Part shown: piece after piece, positions 53,623 through 64,000 of the stretch
How the letters are laid out: the number at the start of each line of letters is the position of its first letter
Numbering within the stretch: position 1 is the stretch's first letter
Assembly (NCBI RefSeq): GCF_018350175.1
Contig: NC_058368.1
Location: 96,660,001-96,724,000, forward strand
DNA: 64,000 bases
From: Felis catus
Taxonomy: Eukaryota
Direction of reading: 5' to 3'
The notes under the pieces: model-generated
The model's input: only the letters and a program-made list of their open reading frames with translations
Told to the model about the DNA's origin: nothing
The model's database searches: none
Made by a program: the position numbers and the translations under genes

Positions 53623-53728
53623 CCTCCCTCCCTCCCTCTCTGTGTGTTTGTGTGTGTGTGTCTCCCTCTCTCTCCCTCTCCCTGCCCCCCCCACTCCTCC
53701 CATCCCTTTAAAAAAAAAAAGAAGAAGA
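53435..53728 (+). mobile_element. CAN-SINE nested in the L1 tail
   Basis: Inner TSD aaaaatttggaaa 53422-53434 / 53729-53741. Confidence 0.93.
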
Positions 53729-55490
53729 AAAAATTTGGAAAAAAAAAAAGAGTTCCAGCATATATGCCATCTGTTCAGTGAAGCCACCCCAATACTCTTG
53801 TGGCCAGAACTAGCAAGCGCAGAAGAGAGTGGCATCCCTTTTAAACCTCCCTAGAGCCCACATTACATTGCACAAGGTCATCAAGCTCTTCATGGGTAAA
53901 TCCTACATCTATGACCACAACCCACTAGACTGGAACTCCTTCAGATTAAGGGTCATGTCATTCGGTTTCTCTCCTAAAAATGGCAGCAACAACTATACCA
54001 CATGCTAGACACTCCACAAGTGTTTGCTAAATTAAAATGAACAAAAACACCAATGGAGGTTGACATTTTCATTTGTTTTATATTGATGTTTTCTCATTAT
54101 ATGATATTCTTTCTACATTAATGGTGTATCTTTAAAATTCCCTCATGTGTAAGTATAAAATATAGTCTGAATACAATGAAAAAGGGAGCAAGAGAAAGAA
54201 AGGAAAAAATAAATTACTGGAAAAGCCCCATTAGAGAATCTGATGGTACATTCTAGTCCTAACCTTTACCTCAGCCTCCCATTTGTAACACTATTGATCT
54301 TCTGAGGAGTTTGTTTTAAAGCATATCTCTGAAGGTTATATTAGGCTTAACAAGTAGGTTTCTACCTTTTAAGATGACAAACTATCTACCTGCTCCTTGA
54401 GGAGAGACTTAAAAGAGAATTCCTGATGACATTCCAATGTAATTAAGATTTGGCTTATCTTTTAGATGACTGAGGCTGCCTACCTCATCTAAATTAGTCT
54501 CGACATGAATCTTGCTTTTAGTTGTCAACATATGCCCTACTTTCTCAAATGTTTTAATTTCTTAATTGACAGTAGGCAAAAGACATCTGTGTAACCAAGC
54601 GTGTCTTACATGGAGAAGCCAGAGGTGAGAAGGGTGCATCCATATGAGTCATATTTGTCTTTGCTAGCCTTCTGTAAGTCATGAGCTTCTGATCAGTGTA
54701 TGTAATGAGTTAGTTCTAGGCATCTACAGCAGAACTCAAAATTCGAGGTTCTTTGGTCTGAGAGTGACCATCAGTAAGTAATTCATGTACTGCCAACAGA
54801 GCATGCCGAATTGCCCCAGGCTTCAGCAGTTTACAGGGAGTACAGATCATTAGAATCTGGTTGGGCTCCATTTTTGCTTATGCTTCCATCATGGTTTGTT
54901 GCTACTGATTTTTCTGAAGGCACAGAGGCTGTGTCTGCCTACTCAAGGGATGGTTTAGGCACATGATCAGGCTCTATGAGAAAAGAGCCTCATTGGCTTA
55001 TGCCAAATTTTTATGTAACACCGGTGGTACCCAAGATAACTGTACTTGGTAGATGATAAACAATGATTTTTGGTATTGTCATGCATTCATTTTAATGTGT
55101 ATCAAACATATATACCCAGCATGTCAGATCTATGATTTCCTATATATCATTACTCAAGACAAGGCCCATAATAATGCTGAGAAAACCCAAATCCCTGTCT
55201 GTAATACACAAATAACAATTTTTTGGAAATATTAACTACACCAAAATTTGATTCCTTCATGACATAAAGTAGGTAACTTACTTAGATTAATTAATTTTAT
55301 CATTTAAACCTATCATTTCACCTTCTGGTATAACAAAGCAAAGTATCACAAACTATTCAGCTCTAGATCAAGATAAGTAAATATGAAATCTTCAGTATAA
55401 AAAGTTTTTGGAGTGATTATCAACTCAAACGACTTGCACACTTAGATTCAGCAGAGGTCAAATAATTTCCCCCTAAAATATACTGTATGC

Positions 55491-55526
<36 letters not shown>

Positions 55527-55954
55527 ATGGGAAAAAATATAGTTAACCTACATCAACCATAAATTTTGTTCCCAGCTATATAAAGAAGCACAATAGTCTT
55601 TTTCTAGTTTAGTAAAAATAGGAATACATTTCTAGGAGGTATTTTTGTAAACATGACTCAACTGAGTGGCTATATTGCTGAAACAAGTAACTATTATTTC
55701 TGATATTCATTCACAAAAAAAATGAGGAGGCCTCATTGCCTTATTTTTGTTCTCCTCTAGTGCCTTCCAGCATCACGGAATAGGAAGCTCTATATTCTCC
55801 ACCTTCTTCCTATGCACTGAAACTTGCACACGTGAGCTTTCTGTAATTCAGGATTTACAGAGTTCTTTCCCTAGGACCTTACACACACTACATCCTCTGC
55901 GAGGAACTTTATTTCCCCTCTCCCTTCTTATCTTAAGATATCACCTTAAATTCA

Positions 55955-56130
55955 TATATTTGTTTTAACGTTTATTTTGAGAAAGAGTGCGTGCGCAAGT
56001 GGTGGCGGGGGGGAGGGGGGCAGAGAGAGGGAGGCAGAGGAAAGGCCAATGCAGGACTGGAACTCATGAACCTTGAGATCACATGACCTGAGCCAAAGTC
56101 TGCACTCAACTGAATGAGCCACCCAGGTAC
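55955..56130 (-). mobile_element. CAN-SINE
   Basis: Reverse head tgagccacccaggtaccc. Confidence 0.9.
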
Positions 56131-56144
56131 CCTTCAACTTACCT

Positions 56145-56357
56145 TCTTTTATTGTATTTTTTTAATGTTTATCTCTGAGAGACAGAGACAGAGTATGAGC
56201 AAGGGAGGGGCAGAGAGGGAGACAAAGAATCCAAAGCATGCTCCAGGCTCTGAGCTGTCAACACAGAGCCCCACACTGGGCTCAAACCCACGAACTATGA
56301 GATCATGACCTGAGCCAAAATCGGTCACTTAACCAACTGAGCCACACAGGCGCCCCC
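56145..56357 (-). mobile_element. CAN-SINE (SINEC_Fc-like)
   Basis: Reverse head tgagccacacaggcgcccc. Confidence 0.93.
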
Positions 56358-58097
56358 CCTTCAATTCACTTTTTTAAAGAGATTTCCCTACCATGCTATT
56401 CAAGAAGATCCCTTCACTCTGTATCACTTCCTCTCTCTGCTTTTTGTTCATTTCTGTTGCAAGCAGTAGCAAGGGACTGTTATTTTCTTTAGTTAATTTG
56501 TGTGTGTGTTTCGTTCTCTCCTTCCCATGAATGGAAGTTCCATTAGGGCAAGAACTGCTAGTGTCCGCTCCATCTTTTCTTCCTCTTGGTGGTGCACACA
56601 GTGTCTGCACACAGTAAGGGTCATTATTAAATATTTTTTAGTAGTTTCGCCTCACTGGTGACTTCCTTTAATTATTTTGACTATTAATAATGCACACTGT
56701 GACCTTTCTTGAATAAATTCAACTTTCATTGTAATATTAAAAACATAAAATAGGGCAAATCTGGCATCGTCTCTTAAAATTGTTTATATGAAAACCAAAC
56801 TCAGGGCCCGGTTCTCAGCACTTGGGTTCTTCACCTTAGCTTTGCACTGGGAAAAATATGATTAATCTCTCGCTTACACACACACAGTCATAGCAATTTA
56901 AAACCCTAAACTCCAAGCACCATGAGGCATCCTGCTCTTCACAGTCTTACCAGGGAAGTTTTTCTTTCCACAATGTGCTCTTTGATTAATTATCAACTAG
57001 CAACTAACCGGTCCTTTCCTCAGGTTTCTTGCTTGAAATCTATTTTTCTCTTTGACATTTACGTTTTTCTATCTTCCTTAGGTCATTTTTCCATCTATCA
57101 TTTTCTCTTCCATTTTACCCAGGAAATGAGTCACTTGAAGACTTTTACCCTCATCTTCCAACACGTGTGAAGGAAAATGTTTAATAGCTCAACGTGCTTG
57201 CTTCATTCTCTCTTTCAGGCTCCAGTGATGTCCTCTGATTTACGAGGTGTGCATTTTTGTTTAGAGGAAAGGTTTCATTCTTCACAAAATCCTATCATTC
57301 CAACTATCACCACTGAATAAATTCATTGTTTCATCAACTTAACTTGTTCAACACCTGCAGCAGGGTAGGCTCTGTCCTAAGGAATAGCAGAAAACAAACT
57401 ATTAAGTCCATGCTTTCATGGACTTGAAGCTGGGCAAGGACCTTCAAGTTAGAACATATGTTCGTGTGTATTCATGCATGTACACACACATCCAATCACA
57501 TATACACATGTGTCTTACCATATGCCTGCTGAAATGTGGGGATTCCATACAGGGGAAAGGGAGAGAATGTATACTGAAATACCTTCAGTAATACTGGTCA
57601 CATTATTACCCTAATTAACTATATCTAAGAACTAATATAAATACAAGAATATCCAAAAAATCAAGAATATACTATAGTATCTCTAGGTTCCAGGCACATA
57701 AAATCCAGTTAGGAAGTAGAGACCCAACCAAGGTCATTTATTTAACAACATGACCAGATTTCTTATTATGGCATACTGCCTTTGAGAGGGGAGCTTCCTC
57801 AACTCTGTCACCAACCTCAATTCCAACTACTAGGAAGACTCTATGCTTTAAGTATCAACACCTTTCTGGAAGATGCCATGTCTTTTCACCATCTCATGCC
57901 TTCACAGAGCCTGCTCCAAGTTTCTGACATTCTATTGCTACCTTTACTCTTCTTCCCTCAAGACCCAAGTCAAGTGATAATACTCTGGTCAGATCCTGGT
58001 TCATAAAGATTCTCAATCAAAGTTGTTAACTGAATATCTAAGGATGCCATGAATTCTACATCAATAACGGAAATGCCTAAGTCATCCAGGTTCAATG

Positions 58098-58150
58098 TCA
58101 GAGAGAGAGAGAGTGAGAGACAGAGAGAGAGTGAGAGACAGAGAGAGAGC
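58098..58150. repeat. Imperfect (GA)n microsatellite
   Basis: Directly visible. Confidence 0.9.
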
Positions 58151-59257
58151 GAGTGTGCATGCTAAGGTTAAGTTCTCAGAAGGAAGAGACTATTTTTAGC
58201 GTAGAAACAACTTGTATGCCAGAGATAGAAACCATCTGAAAGCAACACGACAAGGTTAAGATACATATATTTATTTTCTTCATTCTTAATATTTGTCTTC
58301 TCCCTAAAATTCATGATGAAATTACAATAATAAGTTTCCATTTGTACTGAAGTGTCACTTCTGCTATCTGTAGCATATTTATTGAGGAAAGATTTGAAAT
58401 GTTAGGTTTGTGACCTTTGTTTCCTTCTTGGACAAAAATTTTTTTTTGCTCCACAGGTAAGTGAATTTTCTAGATTAAGGCCTTCTGATTCATTATTGAT
58501 AGGTTCAGTTATGGCTCTGTTCATTGTTAACACCCTTCCAGGTTATTTATAAAGCAAAACTACAGAATAAACCTTAACATTTTAAATAATGCAGCCCATT
58601 TTTAATATACTTGCCTCAACACCATTAGCCTAAAATGCTGAAGATGCCAATATTTATTTATCACAAAACCAACCACATGAATAACTTATATAACAGAAAG
58701 TCACAAAGTCATCTCAATCACCTAAAGGTAAAAATTTATAAAAGTAGAGGCAAATTGTTGCATGAGTTGGGTCAATGTGTTCCTATCATTCAGAAAACAC
58801 TATTTCTATTAGCAAAATTCATTTTATGTCTATTCCAAACATTCTCTCCTTAGACTTACAAAAGGTGCATGTTTTGTGCTTATAGGGAAAATTCTAGTCC
58901 AAGCAAGAGTTCTCTTGCTGTAAGGTTAAGAGACCTAATTTGAGTCTTGGAATTGCCCCTAAGTGTGTAACTCCCTTGCTAGATGACTCTGAATATGTTG
59001 GTGGAGCTGCTGACTTTTGGCTTTATTATCTACAATGTGAAGACAAGTCTGGATGGAAGTCAGGAAATCTTGAGTCTGTTTGTACAATTCTAGAATTCTG
59101 TAAGGGTTTCTGTAAGCTCCTCTGGGCACCTAGGAAGTAATTTTATTCTCTTCAGAATTTCTCCCAGGTTTGGCCAAGACCTAATCTCCTAGGCCTTGGG
59201 CAGGTTACCTAAATCCCAGGTCACCATGTTATTAAGTGATTAATAAAATAAAAAAGT

Positions 59258-59480
59258 GGGGCGCCTGGGTTCCTCAGTCGGTTGAGTGTCCCCATCCTGA
59301 GTTCAGCTCAGGTCATGACTTCACAGTTCATGAGTTTGAGCCCTGCTTCAGGCTCTGTGCTGGCAGTGTGAATCCTGCCTGGGATTCTCATTCTCTCTCT
59401 CTCTCCCTCCCTCTTTCAAGCCCCTCACCTGCTCGTGCTCTCTCTCAAAATAAATAAATTTAAAAACTTAATTTTTTTTA
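59258..59480 (+). mobile_element. CAN-SINE
   Basis: ggggcgcctgggttcctcagtcggttgag head, CT body, tail. Confidence 0.93.
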
Positions 59481-60354
59481 AATTGAAAAAGGTAATATCC
59501 TAACTCATACAAATTCAAAATAAACACTTGTAAAGGACTTTAAATTATTTATTAATGAGGAAGCCATTAAAATGTTACCAGCAGAAAAATGATGACTTCA
59601 TTTACCTAGCTCAACCAGAATTCTGAAATGCATTTATAATAATGTGAAAAACTATCCTTCCACAGGAAAATAATTAATTGCATTCCATCAGATGGTATTC
59701 ATATGCATGCCTATGGACAAGAATAATTTGCTTTATAAGCAATTTTCTACAAATGCTATTGTAAAATAGCTCAAAGGTGATGTAAAGTGGAAATTACCCA
59801 GCAAGATGAACAAGACATTAGACTCAGTATTCTTTGGCATATATTGCACAATTTTTCCATACAAAGATTCTCCAACTTAATTAGAAAACCATATCCCTTT
59901 TCTTGTCCTAAGTTATGCAGTCACCTTCTACACTTTCAGGCATTTGTTCCCTATTAATATAAATACTGTTGGAAATTTCTGAGTTTTGAGATAGAAAGAA
60001 TCTTCATTTCATTTAAAGCACTTCTTTTCAGTTATTTTAGATACAGAAACTTTTGTCCTACCAAGCTGTCAATCATATAAAGGGGGAGCTTCCCTGGTTG
60101 AAGTTGGGTATTTTGAGAGTCTATCAGAAGCTTCTCAAACTCTTCCCTTATTTACAAGGCACTTCCCAATGTTAGAAACTTATCTAATGATTTGTGTCCC
60201 TCTCTTGTGAGATATACATTAACTCAAAGTCATTCAAAGTGACCTGATGTCTATGAGATCTTTAGGCTTCTGTTTAGCCTCTGTTGAAGAGCTTAAAAGG
60301 AAATTATAGTAATTATCTCATAATGTTTCTGTAAGAACTTCCAAATTTTAAAGA

Positions 60355-60755
60355 ATATAAATAGCCAAAAAGTAGAGATAACCCAAACATCTATAAAGAT
60401 GTGAATAAACAAAATGTGGTACATACTCCACTGGAATATTATTCAACCATGGAAGGAAACATAATTTCTTCATAATCAATACAGATCAGTCTTGAAAACA
60501 CCATGCTAAGTGAAATAAGCAAGACACGAAAGGACAAATATTGTATGATTCTATTTCTATTAGGTGTATAGAATAAGCAAATTCATAGAGATATAAAGTA
60601 CAACAGTCATTACCAGGGATGGGAATAGGGATTTGTTTTTAAGTGAATATAGAGTGTCCGTTTGGGATGATGAAAAAGTTCTGGAAATGAATAGTAGTGA
60701 TGGCTGCAAAACACTGTGAATGTACTACATGTCACCAAGATATATACATAAAAAG
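60355..60755 (+). mobile_element. L1MB-like 3'UTR fragment
   Basis: atgctaagtgaaataagcaagacacgaaaggacaaatattgtatgattct..tttgggatgatgaaaaagttctggaaatga. Confidence 0.85.
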
Positions 60756-60969
60756 GAATAAGTTGAGTATAGCTTTAAATTCTGACTCATAAAAAGAAGT
60801 GTATAAGAAGTATATCATCCTTGCTGAAATTTTATTTTCCTTACTAGTATTAAGTCTACAAAGGTGCACACTGCCAGTTAATCACAAACTTCCTGTTAAC
60901 AAAACTAGATCTTATGATGTGCTATATAAACATTAACCTTTTCATTCCAGATCTCAAGGACCTATAAGA

Positions 60970-62370
60970 CAATAATAAAAGATCCATTATACCTACCCAA
61001 TATTGCAACCTACTATATAGATATACTAACCAAGGCAGTATAGTAAAGAGGGATAGACATGGAAGTCAATGGACCAAAGCAAGAACCTAGAAATAGTTTC
61101 ACACAAATGTGCCAAACTCATTTTTTTTTTGCAAAAGTGAAATAGCCACTTAGTGGAGGAATGATAACCATTCTACCAAATGCTTTTGGAGAAACTGGAC
61201 ATCCCTAAGCAAAAATGTGAACTTCAATCTAAACCTGACGCTTTAAATTAACAAAATTAAGTCAAAATGGATTACAGATTTAAAATACAGAAGATACAAT
61301 TTAGAAACATTATAAAAGAAAAATTTCAAGATTTATGGCTGAGGTATTCTTAGACTTGACATAAAATTATGATCTCTAAAAAGAAAAGTTGATAAATTAG
61401 ACTTTGCCATTTTCACTTTGAAAGCCCATGTAAAGAGGATGAGAAGATAAATTATACATTGGGAGAAAGGTTTTGCAAACCACATATCCAACAAAGGAAC
61501 AGTATCTAGATTAAACAAATAAAACTTCCCAATTCAACCTTAAGATAACAATCCAATTAGAAAAAATGTAAAAGACATAGAGAGACAGTTCAATAAAGAA
61601 CACACATATTTCAAATAAAACATGAAAAGATGTTCCAATTCATAATCATCAGGGAAATTCAAACTAAAACCCATGAAGCAGCACTACGTACCAATTAAAA
61701 AGGCTCAAGTAACAAAATTACAACACCAAATTCTGGCATGATTGCAGAGAAACTGGATTATTCACACATTACTGGTAAAAAATGTAACATAGTAGAGATA
61801 ATCTAATAAAGACTAAGACAAGTTCTTTCCATTTTTTTTAATTTTATTTATTCATCTATAAATTCATTCATTTATTTTAGAGGCAGAGAGAGTGGGAATG
61901 GGAGAGAGGGGCATTGGGAGAGAGAGAGAGAATCCCAAACAGGCTCCAGACTCAGCACAGAGCCCAGCACATAACTTGATCCCATGACCCTGGGATCATG
62001 ACCTGAGACAAAAACAAGAGTCAGACCCTCAGCCAACTAAGCCACCCAGGTACCCCAATGGCAAGTCCTTTTCATATTAACATACAACTACCATACAGCC
62101 TAGCAATTACACAATTGGGTATTTATCCTAGAGAAATGAAAACGTATACTCATGTAAAAGCCTGTGCATGAATGATGATAGTATCTCTATTTCTAATAGC
62201 CAAAAACTGCAATGAGCCCAGCTGCCATTCAAGAGGTGAGCAGCTAAGCAAATGGTTGTATATACCTAACAACAAATATCACAAAGCAATAAAAGAAATA
62301 AACTATTGATACACATAACAAATTGGATGAATCAGAAAGGCTTTATACTTGGTGAAAAAAGCCAGCACCC
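60970..62370 (+). mobile_element. Old L1 (L1MB/MC-like) ORF2 3' part plus start of 3'UTR
   Basis: aagaacctagaaatag.., ttgggtatttatcctagagaaatgaaaacgtatactca; ends abruptly where the younger L1 begins. Confidence 0.8.
61832..62056 (-). mobile_element. CAN-SINE inside old L1
   Basis: Reverse head gccacccaggtacccc. Confidence 0.9.
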
Positions 62371-64000
62371 AGAAAAATTTATTTAAAGAAATAATAGCTG
62401 AAAATTTCCTGAATCTGGGGAAGGAAACAGAAATCCAGATGCAGGGGGCACAGAGAGCCCCCAGTAAAAACAACATGAGGAGGTCCACACCAAGACACAG
62501 AGGAATTAAAATGGCAAAAGGTAATCATAGACAGAGAATTTTAAGAGCAGCAATGGAAAGGAAAACAGTTATATACAAGGGAAACCTCATTATGCTATCA
62601 GCTGATTTTTCAGCAGAACCTCTGTGGGCCAGAAGAGAGTAGCATGAGACAAACAAGGTGTTAAAAGAAGAAAACCTGCAGCCAGGAACACTTTATCCAG
62701 TGAGGCCATCATTCAGGACAGAAGGAGAGATAAAAAGTTTCCCAAACAAAAGTTAAAGCAATTTATGACCACTGAACTAGCCCTATAGGAGATGTTAAAG
62801 GACTTTTTGAGTAGGAAGAAAAGACCATAAGCAAGAGTAAGAAAAGTAGAAAGAACAAAAGCAGTAAAATTATGTGCATCTATAAAACCCAGTCAAGGAA
62901 TTTACAAAATGCATGAATGTAAAGTATGACATCATATACCTAAAATATGGCAAGGATAGGAGTCAAGAATGAGTTCAAACTTAAGCGACTGTCAAGTGAA
63001 TATAGACTGCTATATGCATAAGATGTGGTATACAAACCTAATGGGAGCCACAAATAGAAACCCAGTAATAGGTATGCAAACAAAGAAGAGAAAGGAATCC
63101 AAGTATATCACTAAAAAAAGACAGCAGACTGTGAGATAAAAGAGCAAGAGAATAAAGCAACAGAGAAGAACTACAAAAACAACCATAAAACAAGTAACGA
63201 AATGACAATAATTACATACTTATCCATATAACTACTTTGAATGTAAATGGACTAAATACTCCAATCAAAAGACATAGGGTGGGCCGCTGGGTGCCTAAAT
63301 TGGTTGAGTGCCCGACCTTCAGCTTAGGTCATGATCTCACGGTTTGTGAGTTCAAACCCCACATCAGGCTCACTGCTGTCAGCACAGAGCCTTCTTCAGA
63401 TCCTCTGTTCCCCTCTCTCTGCCCCCACTCTTGCACTCTACCCCCCAAAAAAATAAATATGAAAGAAAAAAAGACATAGGGTGATGGAATATATAAAAAA
63501 GCAAGAACCATCTATATGCTGCCTTCAAGAAACTCATTTCAGACCTAAAGACACCTACAAATTGAAAGTGAAGGAATGAAAAGTATCTGTCATGAATATG
63601 GAAGTGAAAAAAAAACAGGATAGAAATACTTGTATCAGACAGAATAGACTTTAAAACAAAGACTGTAACAATAGACAAAGAAGGATACTATATAATCATA
63701 AAAAAAATCCATTAAGGTATTACAATTGTAAATATTTATGCACCCAATATGGAAACACCCAAAAACATAAAGCAGCTAATAACAAACATAAACAAAACAA
63801 CTGATAATAATGCAATGGTAGTGTATACTTCAATACCTCACTTCTATCAACAGATAGATCATCCAAACAGAAAATCAACAACAACAAACAATAGTGGCTT
63901 TGAAAGACACATTGTACCAGATGGATCTAACATATATATTCAAAATATTTCATTCTACGATAGCAGAATACACATTCTTTTCAAGAGCACACAGAACATT
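62371..64000 (+). mobile_element. Decayed carnivore L1: ORF1 3' half (about 62371-62810), inter-ORF spacer, ORF2 endonuclease start (ATG 63202), running off the window
   Basis: LFKEIIAENFLNLGKE..RILRAA..LSADFSAE (ORF1p); LNVNGLNTPIKRHR and ICCLQETHF (ORF2p endonuclease); stops and frameshifts present. Confidence 0.95.
63282..63468 (+). mobile_element. CAN-SINE inserted in L1 ORF2
   Basis: Perfect TSD aaaagacatagggtg 63267-63281 / 63469-63483. Confidence 0.95.

Larger units (their letters stand above)
55760..56640 (+). mobile_element. L2 3' relic interrupted by two SINEs
   Basis: gaatggaagttccattagggcaagaact..cacagtgtctgcacacagtaagggtcattattaaatattt resembles the L2 3' end. Confidence 0.6.

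Noticed and set aside
55494..55524. A31 tract as a possible retrocopy tail
   Set aside because: No TSD or recognisable upstream element; treated as a mononucleotide repeat
62349..62642. 97-aa ORF with real protein similarity
   Set aside because: It is a decayed L1 ORF1p fragment terminated by a premature stop, not a host gene
488..63468. Recurring ~200-bp repeat as a possible array or novel system
   Set aside because: Irregularly spaced, in both orientations, many with their own TSDs: ordinary SINE retrotransposition with no CRISPR-like repeat-spacer periodicity
1508..63678. Many 60-144 aa ORFs sharing LTAQSLEPASDSVSPSLS or ERERER motifs, resembling a peptide family
   Set aside because: They are translations of CAN-SINE copies in various frames, not genes

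Overview
AT-rich, CpG-depleted carnivore genomic DNA, almost certainly felid, based on feline-type CAN-SINEs (SINEC_Fc-like) and an L1_Fc-type 3' end. It reads as a long intron or intergenic stretch. I find about 33 tRNA-derived CAN-SINE copies, about 12 L1 fragments of several ages (including a decayed ORF1-spacer-ORF2 piece running off the right end), L2/MIR relics, hAT and Tigger MITE relics, and microsatellites. I recognise no host protein-coding exon; the supplied ORFs are SINE/L1/low-complexity products or unrecognised short ORFs. I see no convincing previously undescribed biological system. The best leads are modest: (i) several well-formed minus-strand candidate exons, including an ATG-bearing one with a CpG-enriched upstream flank, (ii) a recursive-splice-site-like motif at 58456/58457, (iii) a 51-bp-arm inverted duplication inside an L1, (iv) local duplication and slippage scars, and (v) a candidate enhancer near 52 kb. 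Repeat family names come from recalled consensus sequences, not from a search.
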